NCBI GenBank assembly: GCA_973895155.1 | Contig: OZ316892.1 | Span: 28,482,307 to 28,546,306, forward strand | Reading direction: 5' to 3' | DNA length: 64,000 nt | DNA from: Marsupella aquatica | Taxonomy: Eukaryota > Plantae > Marchantiophyta | Shown here: positions 1 through 11,501 of the stretch, in pieces | How the letters are laid out: every line of letters begins with the position of its first letter | Numbering within the stretch: the stretch's first letter is position 1 | The notes under the pieces: generated by a model | What the model was told of the DNA's origin: nothing | The model's input: only the letters and a program-made list of their open reading frames with translations | Databases searched by the model: none | Program-made: the position numbers and the translations under genes

Positions 1-1851
1 TTTCCTGTGTACCCTTGATCAGCAAAACTTACTGTATTTTTCCGATCACCATTCCCTTCAAACTTCTAACCATGAATTACTTGCATCATAACCAAAAAAA
101 TGACCATTGCATCTTAGAAAGGAGAGTTCATTTGTCTTGGAAAACTCATCATCTTCATACTGAGAAAAAACTACCCAGGTCTGTATCTAAATTCACAAAC
201 AATGCCTTTCCTGGTCTAACATTAGTCACATCTGCAAACATTCCTCAGAGTTGATGACTAGTGTACTGGGAAGCTCTTGTGGAGCATGAAATAGTAAGGG
301 TTTGAAAGCTTTTCAGTCTATAGGGAAGAAACCCTTTACACAGCAAAACTTGATCACAAAAAATGGATTCTTCGTTCCAATTCTTCCAACCTTCACAGCA
401 TGACCTACCATTCATTTCATTACTGATGCTCATTCGCACACGTCGAGTAAAAAGTTACGTGTACCAAGCTTAGAATTAATCTGAGCAGTGTTGGAGATAT
501 CCAAGTAATCACAAAAAAAGGCTAGTAAAACATTAGATACCTTCACAAGAGTTTTACTAGCTGGAATACTGGGGATCTCTCCACTTGCAAAACCTATGAC
601 AAGTATTTGATTTCAGCAACTTCAAGCTCTCCTTGTGCTGTTTCCCACCCACCGGATCGTAAAGGACCTCCAAAGTATTAGGGAGGAATGAGAACACCCT
701 GTAATTAAGCGGCTAGTGGAACCAAGTTAGATGTCCAATTGGGATGTGCTCTTTTTTCCACTCGTTCCTCGTCCTGGAACTTCTGGTGAGAGTTGCTTTT
801 GATGCTTTGTAAGTGTCTGACGGGCTTTGGGAGGTATCAACCACAATACCTTGACAAACATTTAAAGCTGTCATTGTCTAATAATCGAATTCGGTGTTGA
901 GGTGAGCCACCTTGATATTGATAAGGAATAGTAAGAATCTTCGTGACTAATCCATGGAAAGCTGCAACAATGTCAACTTCGGTTAAAGCCAAGACTGCTT
1001 GTTAGCATGTGAACGTTTGCAGCTACTGTTGATCAACGACGCCTTCTTTGGAAAGTTCTGGAAACATGGCCAGTGTGGCTAATTTTCAGATATCCTCTGT
1101 TTACCGGTTCATCAGAGTTTTCAATGTCAGTGAAACTTTCAGTAGCGTCGGTTTTCCATTTTAATCTTTTGTCAGGCTAGAATTAGTCCCGTGCATCCGG
1201 CTTCAATTTTAAATATTTCGATTGGCCCCGGGAGGTGTGTTTGGGCCAATCGAAAGGTGCCAAAAAAAACTAAATTTCAGTAAATGGCCAGTAATTTTTC
1301 CCCCAAGATGACAATTCCAAAAAAAGATACGCCAGAGATGATTCCTTCCCCCCAAGATAGCCATTCGTGAAAAGACACGCCACGATGATAATTCGGGTAA
1401 AAACGCACTAAGAAGTATGGGCAAGATCGGATATTATACTATGTAGATCTCGCCCATTCTCCTTGTGCACTATATAGGCTCTCAAACGAGGAAAGGAGGT
1501 CGGCACAGCCATGGCGGGTCCAAAGATTATGGCTTTCGCTGAGAATTCTCGGGATTAGGCTCTGCAATCGTACCAAGTCTGTACTGCTGCGATCATCTGA
1601 AGTTTAGTTGAGCTGATAATTTTTCTCCACCTCGAGTGATTTCTCAATTCGGACTGCAGCATGGAGGTGCTTTCCTACTGCAACTTGCAAACTGCAAACA
1701 TTGGTGAAATAAGCATCGCAGCTCGTTTGGGTTAGACCAGCCATAGGCGTTTGCTGAACAGAGAGTCCAGATCCTCGTTAGGGTGTCACGCAGGCTGAAG
1801 TGGTGGATCCTTTGGCTCTTATCACTCCACGAATTGAAAAGAAGCCAGATA

Positions 1852-3093
1852 ATGGCCTTGGCGGAATGCTCTGGTGCAAGTTCCAAACGCGTGAGGCAAT
1901 CCGAGGACGAAGAAGAGCGCTCTGATCGAGGCATAGTGTTCGATGAGGGCACTTGGGGTACCCTGCATGACTCTGTTCTAGAAAAGATAATCGCCAGGCT
2001 GCCAATGAAGTCCCTCTTCCAGGCTGCATCACTCTCGAAATCGTGGAGGCTTAATTTCCACTCTGACTCGTTTCAGAGTGAGATACAAAGGTTAGCCGCG
2101 GCCTCATGGAAGGCTTATGCTCCCTTGTACGTGTGCTCCCGCGAGAAGAAATTAGTGGGGTATGAAAGCAGCTCCCAACGTTGGCATGTTCTTCCAAACC
2201 ACGCGTATCTACAGCATCATGGGTTTGCAAGCTGGGTCCTCAGGGCTGCAGCAGGAGCTCTTTTGTGTTGGACGACTTCAAATTTTCTCCTCGCGACTTC
2301 CAACTCTGTATATCAAGTCTATGTCACAAATCCATTGACACGAAGTTCGAGACAATTGCCAACTCGCCCCAACATGAAATTCCCTCAGCTTGTGCATGTG
2401 GTTTGTGAAGGAACTGAAGCTTACAAGGTGATGCTAGTCACATTAGAGCCTAATATCTGTGTGCAGATTTTTGACTCTATCAGTAGCGCTTGGACTTTGG
2501 ACTCCCTGGATGCTTCCGCTGGTCATCACTTGGGTTCTGTTGTCTTCTTAGATGGCGTGCTCTATATAGGTCTCCTGTCATGGTCAGCGCCTTGTACATG
2601 CCAACTAATTTCTTTCGATGTGAAAGAGCATACGTGGACTAAAATCCAGCATCTACGTAAGCTCAGGGAGTGGGACCACACGCCGGGTAATCTGTATATG
2701 TTCAAGCATTTTCTCGTCTGCCAACTTTTCGTCTGTGGGTCCAATGTGATGCTGGTGGTATCCCATATGCACAAGATAGAAGGTATGACTCTTGAGAAAG
2801 TCTGTGTGTTTGAATTAGACCTGGACCGTGGCGTAGCTGTTAAGGTATCTACAGCCCCAAACGAGATGACCTGTGTGGGTTCTTTTTTGTGCGATGCGAC
2901 TGCTCATGGGGACTGCATATATATTTCTGGTCGTTTTCGCACCCGGGCACCAATTGTCTACAATGTGCGGACTAAGGAGTGGCACTGGATTAATGATGCA
3001 CCAGCTAGCCTAGCACTTACGACTTTCTCGTGTCAGTGGTTGTCGACAAATATCACGTACCAGCCTGGATTGCTTTCTTTTCTGGAAGTTTGA
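1852..3093 (+). CDS. F-box protein with C-terminal kelch/FBA-like beta-propeller region, intronless
   Basis: ORF 1783..3093, first ATG at 1852. F-box motif WGTLHDSVLEKIIARLPMKSLFQAASLSKSW; typical plant F-box motifs AAAGALLC, YVTNPLTRSSRQLP, QIFDSISSAW, SFDVKEHTW. Confidence 0.88.
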   Translation: MALAECSGASSKRVRQSEDEEERSDRGIVFDEGTWGTLHDSVLEKIIARLPMKSLFQAASLSKSWRLNFHSDSFQSEIQRLAAASWKAYAPLYVCSREKKLVGYESSSQRWHVLPNHAYLQHHGFASWVLRAAAGALLCWTTSNFLLATSNSVYQVYVTNPLTRSSRQLPTRPNMKFPQLVHVVCEGTEAYKVMLVTLEPNICVQIFDSISSAWTLDSLDASAGHHLGSVVFLDGVLYIGLLSWSAPCTCQLISFDVKEHTWTKIQHLRKLREWDHTPGNLYMFKHFLVCQLFVCGSNVMLVVSHMHKIEGMTLEKVCVFELDLDRGVAVKVSTAPNEMTCVGSFLCDATAHGDCIYISGRFRTRAPIVYNVRTKEWHWINDAPASLALTTFSCQWLSTNITYQPGLLSFLEV

Positions 3094-3124
3094 TTTCTAT
3101 TGCGTCGATAGTATTACAGAGTAA

Positions 3125-3620
3125 TACTGGACGATATAGAGGGAGCGCCAATGGACGCCAAAGCAGCTTCGGCCCTGAGGGACAATGTTCAATGTTGACG
3201 GAGATAGTGACAGCGATGTTGACGGAGATCCGGAATCTCTTGGAGGAACTCCCGTGCAATATTTGGAGTTCCAACTTTAAAAATAATAGTGGCCGTCAAT
3301 GTTTCTCCTGAGACTTTTCAAGGATGATCCTCCACTGGAGTGACCGTGGATGAAACTAGAGCTTAGATTCCAGCCTGATGTTCTAAACCCCTAAATAAAC
3401 GGGTTCCAATCCTTTCTGTTGGGAATTCTAAATTGGTTTGTCCAGCAGTGTTAATTTCAGCAAAGGGAACATCAGACGATGTACTTGGCGTATTTGGGTG
3501 TACCTGCCATTGCTTTTCTTTTCAAAACGCTCTTGTTATTTGCCGGGACGAGAGATGGATTATCTGCTCAGCCAGCCTATCAAATCTCCTCTTGTCAAAA
3601 TTATCAGAGTTTTGTGGAGG
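3125..3620 (+). pseudogene. Orphan 3' remnant of an NLR paralog (last ~45 codons plus 3' flank)
   Basis: Translates LDDIEGAPMDAKAAS...VDGDPESLGGTPVQYLEFQL* (TAA 3278-3280), matching the NLR1 C-terminus LDDIEGARMDAKRAS...VDGDPKCLGDTPVTYLEFQL*. Frameshifted near a short internal duplication (atgttgacggagat x2). Downstream DNA aligns with the NLR1 and NLR2 3' flanks. Confidence 0.9.
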
Positions 3621-5137
3621 GAAACACTGAAGCGAGAGGGAAACTTCACTTTCAGCCTTTGTGGTAGCATAGAGCTCTTGTGGTGTGGGTCTACTGTAGT
3701 TTCTTTGTTGCATGAACCTGAAAGTCTCCATTGTAGAGCTCTATACAATTAAGTCCCCTATAGAATGATTCCTTATCAAAATTCCCTACCTTCCCCCTTT
3801 TCCCAAAAATAAAAACCCTACCCTGAGATACTGTAGAACCTTAGACAATGACGTGCTTACACAAAACTGGGAAACCAACTGTAGACAATGATGTCACACC
3901 CCACTTCTTGACTTCAAGTCATGACTCAAAATTCTGAGCTTAACTTGATAGCAAGCAACAATTCATAATACTGGTAAAGGTTTGATTGCAGGGAGCCAAC
4001 AATGGCTTTGTTTTCTTTATGATCTGGGTAACGAGCAAGCATGCTTCTTTGATTATAGCCTTAATTTTTACAAATCTGGGAAGGAGTTCAGGTGGTGACT
4101 AATGTACGTTTCCTCTGGCAGATGCATTGTCATAACTTTCTGACACATCTATACCCTAGAGCCCTCAAGAATAAAAGTTGGTGTAGTTGTGAAACATCAA
4201 ACAATTTTGTCATGTGAATTTTTAGAGTATTCTAAGCATCCTGGTGTAAATACTGGCTTTAAAGTCTATAAGATGTTTCCTAATTGGAAAAATGAACATG
4301 AGATTAATACTCTGGCCTTGAGAGTGATTTCTTGAATACAAAAATAAGTAGTCTTTCACACAGGTCCAGGATGACACTACTGTATGAGATGTCCTATCTT
4401 TCTAGATTTCAGGGGACATTTGATCTGTTTTTTTGCCCCATTGGCCGGGTTACTTTTTAGAGAAATTCCTTGCCTTCTTCCTGTCTGCAGCCCTGGAGGT
4501 GGGTGCCTAAAGTATGAGAAGGAGTACCCTGGCCTGCCAACATCCTCATTCAGAGCTCACCAAAGTCGCTAGGGTTTAAACCTAGCCACCCCCAGTAATA
4601 AAAGGAAGTTGAGAATACTTGCGGCTAGAGATCGACCTCCCTCCAAAATGATGCTCGGGTCGGGGCCTGGGTGGACCTCAAGGTTAACTTTGTTGATATG
4701 CTTGGATGGAGTTTTGCAACCAGGATGGACCAAAACCCAATCAATGACTCTGTATGATCATCTTTTGAGCAGCGGTTTTCCGTAACCACTCAATGTCTCA
4801 AGATCTACTTTTGGTTGTACGGAAGGGCATCACATGAGATTTTAAACAAATCACTTTTGCTCCATTCAGATCAATTTGGAAATGTTATGAGTGCCAAAAG
4901 TAACAACTACTTCAAGACATGCTCGATGCGATAATTTGGGCACTGGGTTTGACAACTTTTACCTGTCCTAGTGACTGTAAAGTGATGAAGGTCCATCCAA
5001 GCTGCATGATTCAGGGGCAAGGTCCATCTGGGCTTCAACTTTTCACCTCAAATCACATGCAGTTGTATTTGGCTTAATTAGGCTTGATTAATGCTCTACA
5101 GACTCGCAGGTGTTCCCAAGTTTAGACAAAGGTAGCG

Positions 5138-5270
5138 CCCATTCAACAATAATTGACCCTGCTTACAATCCAGGTTTTACAAAGCTGACACCCATTCAAC
5201 ATTAACTGACCCTGGTTACAGTTCAATTTATACAAAGCCTGCAGCCATTCAACAATAATTGACCTGGTTA
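5138..5270 (+). repeat. ~52-bp tandem repeat (about 2.5 copies) upstream of NLR1 with W-box cores
   Basis: ccattcaaca(a/t)taa(t/c)tgacc appears three times; TTGACC at ~5153 and ~5259. A single homologous unit lies upstream of NLR2 (~20360-20410). Confidence 0.7.
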
Positions 5271-5955
5271 AGGGCAACGAGGGTCAAGAGGAATCCACGA
5301 GGCCACAACAAAGCTGCCCACCTCTCAAGAAAGTCTTCTAGTCGAAAGACTCTTTTTCGTGTTCGATTCCTTCGGATGACTGTCACTTTTCCTTGTTTTT
5401 CCTCGATTTATTAATATGGATGACTTCTCATTCCTTTCCCTATGAGTGCAATGTGGACTGGGCAAGGTCCACTCCATTCAGTTCTCACAGGTGTCATCTT
5501 CACTGAATTCTAGTGGCGGGTTCCAAGACGATGTAGGGGCGAGGCTTTGGTTCTCACTGTAGCTCCTTCGCGGACCAATTCGACTGTTGTTTGGTTCACT
5601 ACTGATCGATCCTCCATCCCGACGTAGCAGCTGAACTCGTCACTTCCCCACGATTTGAACTCTTCTGCCAGTGCAATTCGTAGAAAGGCCTCTGCTGCTG
5701 TATCGCTGAGCTATGAGCAATTGAGTCCATATTTTCAATGCACTACCATGGATTGATTTCCGAACGACAGAATGGACAACGGTGCATGATGACGGATTAC
5801 GATTTAATTTGAATTGAATTGAGTTGAGTTGTTTCCTATGAGAATGAAACGGAACGGTTGGGTAATACTAGCCCATTTGCAGGGTTTAGATTTGCAGCGC
5901 CAGATTCTGAAGGCAAGCCTCATACGAGTGCTTCCTCCTCCTCCTCCAGCTAGGG

Positions 5956-8900
5956 ATGGATCTACTCCATTGGGTTGTTCTAACCCTTGCCATCATAGCT
6001 TGGACCGTAGTGGCCAAAGAGAAAGCACACGATTTCCCAGTTGGCGTCTGGTGCTTTACGGTCAGCATTACTTTGATCGGGGCTTTGATCGGGATCGTAG
6101 TACAATGTCGTCGAAACAATTCTCGGCCCTCAGGACTTGAAGTGGATGTCTTTGAGGTAATTTCTCTCAACTGCATGATCCCCAATAGATCAACGCCTTT
6201 GGACCACTTTGCCGGGAGGTTCTCTCTATTTGCATACCTTCTCTACAATGCCGTAATGTTTGCTTGCCAGTTTCTGCCGGAATCAAGAATTGGTGCAACA
6301 GAGTTGGACGCAATCGATTGCCTTACTGTGTTTGTGATTGGTTTTCTTCTCAGGTGAATGACTCCCTAATCGAGTTGCACAGGCCGTCGGGAATTCCTAG
6401 CGTTCAAGTGTTGTTTTTCCATGGGCTCCCATTTGAGAAGTCGTCAAGGGTGCACTTATCGACGTGGGAGTGCGGGGATGGATCCTACAATCTTTGGCCC
6501 CAAACCTGGTTGGTGGAAGAGTTTCCGGGCGCACATGTGTTTGTTGTTCGGTACAGCCAGGGCCTGAGCAAAGATTCTCGGAAGACGGTTGACATGAAAA
6601 TTATTGGGGAAAACCTGCTATCAGATCTGATGCAAGGAAACATAGGTCAGGTGCAAGGTTGCCCAGTTGTGTTAGTAGGCCACTCTGTGGGTGGACTGGT
6701 AATCAAGCAATTATGCTGGGAAGCACATGAGACATTCAGTCTGAGTAGGGAGTCCAGGAATGGCAGGGTTCAACTTGACAACTTTCTAAATAGAATTAGA
6801 GGGATTTTTTACTACGCCACACCTCACCATGGAATCCCTCACATAGTTAAAGCAGCAGACCTCCTGGATAGCCCTTTGTTCAAGTACTTTGAAACTCTAA
6901 GTACGCAGGCGGAGCGGCTAAATAACAACTTCAGACGTTTGTGTATTCGAAAAAATTGGAAATGGCAAATCAAAGGACTCGCAGAAAATCTTCCAGTAAA
7001 ATTGGTACAAATTCAATTGCCTTCTTATCTGCTTTTTCCCGTTCTGGTGTTCCTTCTGTTTAGTAAAATAGAATTAGTCTATCGGATGAAGTGTGACACT
7101 CGCTTGATCCATGAGAGGATGAGCTTGCTACTAGTGCATACACTGGATACAGCAATGCTTGGCTTATTCAGTAAGGGAGTGATCTTTTTATTTTATTTTC
7201 TTTACACTGGAAATTTAGATCAGTATGCAAAGAGCCTGTCAAATCCGCACATACGTTTCTATTCCGTTGGCTTGCTGAAACATGCAGATCAGTCTTACAA
7301 AGTATGAGATACGTAACGGAGAGAAATCGTCTCAACTTTCTCAAGTACCAAGTGGACTGTCCTTGGTTTGTTGGCAGGGTGTGTTTCGAGGTATTGTTGT
7401 AGTCCCAGAAGCATCTGCCAGGGAAGGGGACTTGAATGTCGAGACAGCAGACCACTTCTCCATATCGAAACCACCCTCTAAAACCTCACGAAGATTCAAT
7501 GCTGTCACAGGACTCCTTCACAACGCAATCGACAGCGCGAAGGTAGATTTTGTCCACCCTAAACCCTAAACCAAAAGGCTGTTTTATATGTTCAGATTAT
7601 TATCTGGACATCCACTTCAAGTTTGACATTTCCATCTATTGCCTACTTAGACTGTTACCTTTTGTCCAAACCTCCATTGTTATGCTCAGGTCTAAGAGTT
7701 GCTCATGACATTGTTGTTGAAATTTCAGGAAGATGCTTGCCCCAGAAATTTGCAGTATGTCCCTGAGCAAATTCAGGGTATTGATTCTCCATTACAAGAC
7801 GTCAAAGAGATGCTCAAGACTGTCACAAGTTTTTGTTTGACTGGGATGGGAGGATTAGGAAAGACTACCCTCGCCAAGGTAGTCTTCAACGACTTGGCCC
7901 CAAAATTTGAGTACACTTGTTTTGTCTCTGATGTTAAGCTCATTAAAGGGAATGAGGAAGCTTTGAAGGAAGAAGTTTGGAAACGTATGCACCACAATGG
8001 TAGGAAAGTTGAAAGAGAAAGTGATTGGTCTAACTTACGGGGTACAGAATTACTTTTGGTGCTCGATGACATCTCAGCGGAGCGAGATACAAATGTTTTA
8101 TCGGAGGTAGCTTATGGTTCCTCTTTGGTATCCCGGTTCTTGGCAACTTCTCGTGACCATGGTCTTCTTGACAATACATATGAAGTGCCTCTCCTCAATG
8201 CAGATTACGCTCAACAGCTTTTTGTGAGCCGTGCATTTCCAAACCAAGTTACTCCTCCTGGCAACTTGGCAAGTCTTCTGGAACAAATTGTGAAAAAATG
8301 TGAAGGGCTGCCTTTAACATTGGAAGTTGTTGGGAAATACTTGAGAGGGAGACACGAAGACCAGGATTGGAAGCAAGCTCTAGTTGCGCTTGCGAAAGCA
8401 GATGCTGTTAGTGGTTTGAATGAGAGATTGTGGGAAAAGTTGAAACTCAGCTACAATGGTCTTCAAGAGGAGGAGAAGCAAATATTTTTAGATGCTACAA
8501 CGTTCTTTTGCGGTCGCTATTTGTGTGATGCGAAAAGAGCATGGAGGGAAGCTTATGATGTGAGAGAAAATCTAGTTTGGCGAACCTTGGTGGAGAGATC
8601 CCTTGTGTACAACGTGAAAGAAAACGAGTCCATTGAGGTGCATGAACAGCTCCGAAGTTTGGGACAAAAAATAGCATTAGAATCCAACGAGGAGCGCAGG
8701 GTGTGGGAGAAGCCCAAAGCTTTGGAGCTACTACAAAGCACGAATAAATCTAAAAAACAGGTAAGTGCCAAGTTGGTCGAAGCAACATTCCTTTGTCCTG
8801 AGCTGTACTTTGCGTTTTGTTCTATGAATACCCTAGCTTGCTGGTGTAAAAGTATTTTGGAATGAGAGTGCGTGGATCTTTCACTTTTAGTTTTCAAAAT

Positions 8901-10951
8901 TTCTCCTTTCAAGAACCTCAAACAAATGAATTGGTCAAAACTAATTGTTGTTGTGGATGCGAGGGTAGAACATACATTCCTTGCGGTTGGAGTGGTCTGG
9001 TGATGAGGAAGAAATACACGTTCCAAGCGCCAATCTTCCGCAACTCAAGAATCTGCGATACTTGCAAGTCGACGTTCCTCTTATCATTGAAGCGAGTCGG
9101 GAAGATGAGTGGTTTCCAGGACATCTTGTTTTACTTGACTGCAGAGGGCTGCAATTGTTTGACCCCGTCCACCAAAGCCGTTTGGTCATTTTGCAACTCA
9201 ACTTCATCGATGCCGAGTATCTGCCCAACTCTATTGGACAGTTATCAGCTCTTCGAGTGTTCGACATTAAGAGAGCTCCAAAGCTGCGTAGCTTACCAGA
9301 TGACATTGGACAGTTGTCACAATTGGAGCGTCTCAAGTTGGACTCCTGTACCTGTCTCGAGACCTTGCCTGAGACATTCGGCCAATTGTCAAACTTGAAG
9401 AACCTGACGCTCTGGAACTGTTACCGCCTACGTACGCTTCCCGAGTCCTTTGGAAGCCTTTTCGCACTACAATGGGTTAATATAAACTCTTGCCGCAAAT
9501 TGCAGACCCTGCCTGAATCCTTCGGGCAACTCTGTGCGTTGACTCACCTTGAAATCGTAAATTGCCACGAGTTTCACTTCCTTCCCGAATCTTTCGGGGC
9601 TCTATCTGCGTTAGTCCGCTTGAGGCTCGCCAAATGTGACAAGCTCGAATCACTACCTGCTTCATTTGGAAATCTAGCAGCACTTAGCCGTCTTCAGTTC
9701 AGGAGGTGTGGTTTTGAAAGCCTGCCCGACTCTTTCGGACATCTCATCACACTAAGTCATCTAAAATTAGATGAATGTACAAATCTTCACTCCCTCCCCG
9801 AGTCCTTGGGCCAATTGGCGAAGCTCGAATATGTGAGGATGTCAAGGGCTTACGAGCTGGAGAGGCTACCCAATTCCTTGGCAGACTTGAATAGTCTTGG
9901 TCATCTAATTATTGACTCTATATCTATTAAGAGCATTCCTGACTATATCAGGACTCTACCGTGGTTGCAAACTCTGGAGCTGCGGCAACTTCCCTATGTG
10001 AAGGAATTGCCTCCTTGGCTAGGAGAAACTGGTCAGAACTCTCTAGCATGCTCACAAAAGATATTTCAGGTTCGGGAGCAACAACTCTGTTTAATTGTAG
10101 ATAAAAGGATGCGAAGAGAATCAGAGTTGGTAATGGATGTCCACGCCAGATATATGTGTAAGGTGAGGAAATCAGACTATGCAGGAGCCTTGGCAGCTTT
10201 GTCGGTAATCAATCTTGGAGAGCCCCGTCACCAGGGGTTGGTCTTGCAAGAGAAGGGCATCTTGAAGCGTATGTTGGGAGATCTGCCTGGATCTTTAGAA
10301 GACCTTACCGCCGGTTTGGAATGTTTCTCGAAGATAGAGGATGGGGACTGCCAGATATATGATTGCCTTAAGCACAGGGGTTATGTGAATTTCTTAATGG
10401 GAAATCTAGAGGGTGCAGAACACGATGGTACGATGGCTCTGAAGTTGCAGGTTGAATGCCGCGAAAATCAGATTCTAGATTTGAGTCCAACTCTGGGTGA
10501 GAAGCAAGTGACGTATATGCATTTCAAACTAGAGGGACGGAAAGAATTGTACAAGCACTCTATACACACAATGCATTCTCAAGTAGTGCAGAAGGTGATG
10601 GCATCAGGTGCTGGAGAAGATGACTTCCGAAGTGCCTTGGCGAGCTTTAACATCATAAATTTAAAAATGTTAAGCTATCGTGAACGGTCATTCTTCTTAA
10701 AAGAGCGGGGAATTCTGAAACGAATGGCGGGCGATTTAAGAGGAGCTCTCGAAGACCTGACAGCAGCCTTCGACATGAGGATAGATTATGAGTCCTTGAA
10801 GCACCGCGGTTTTGTCAAATACCTACTGGACGATATAGAGGGGGCGCGAATGGACGCCAAAAGAGCTTCGATATTGAGTTACCTTCGCGTTGACGGAGAT
10901 CCGAAATGCCTTGGAGACACTCCCGTGACATATTTGGAGTTCCAACTTTAA
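5956..10951 (+). CDS. NLR1: TM anchor - alpha/beta-hydrolase - NB-ARC - LRR - 2x TPR module (HNL-type), ~1343 aa
   Basis: Exons 5956-6156, 6354-7004, 7378-7542, 7729-8760, 8969-10951; all introns GT-AG and phase 0. Motifs: FFHG, GHSVGG, ADHFSISKP; P-loop GMGGLGKTT; kinase-2 LLVLDD; RNBS-B SRFLATSRD; CEGLPLTL; VHEQL; LPESFG-type LRRs; TPR-like helices EKGILKRMLGDLPGSLEDL and KHRGYVNFLMGN. Confidence 0.9.
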
Positions 10952-11249
10952 AATAGTGGCCCTCAATGTGCCTCCTCGGTTTTTTCAAGGACAATCCTCC
11001 GCTCTTCGTGGATGACACTAGAGTTTATTTCCATCCTTATAGTGTAATTCGCTATATAATAGGCTTCGCAATCTATCTGTTGGGATAATCAAGACGAGTT
11101 GTACATCAGTGTTAATTTCAGAAAAGGGAACATCGGACGAGGTACGTGGCGAGTTTCAGTTTTCCTGCCGTCCTTGCTCTTCTTTTCAAAATGGTCTTGT
11201 TAGGTGCGGGGACGAGACATAGAAGTATTATCAGCTCAGGCAGCCTATC

Positions 11250-11501
11250 TGTCGTTTACCTCTTTTGTCGATCTCCTGTTATCTTGACACCTGTTTTAGC
11301 TTAGACTCTACGCTACCCCAGGCGTGCCCCCCACTGGTTTTTCACCTGGAGTTTTTTACTTTTCCCCTTCCGCCTTTTCCGGGGAAAATTCTTGATGTCC
11401 ATTTTGACATCTATTTGTTCTCTCTCCTGAATGAAAGCAGTACGCATTATTTTCATTCCATCTTTTGTGCAAGAGTTTTCCTGTCACGATTTTCAATCAC
11501 A
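11250..11501 (+). repeat. 5' LTR
   Basis: TGTCGTTTAC...TCAATCACA; direct repeat of 17922-18173. Confidence 0.96.

Noticed and set aside
1-1460. Possible decayed transposase and TE end (13-bp IR TTTCGATTGGCCC/GGGCCAATCGAAA at 1216-1255, repeated ccaagatga motifs)
   Set aside because: No recognisable protein motif and no matching other end within the window.
5829-6140. Overlapping alternative-frame ORF (LPPPPPARDGSTPLGCS...) open in all three copies
   Set aside because: No shared ATG, it stops near the exon-1 donor, and it is explained as a shadow of the conserved exon 1.
7773-8072. Antisense ORFs conserved across the three NLRs (also 22749-23108 and 31327-31752)
   Set aside because: Reverse-strand shadows of the conserved NB-ARC exon.
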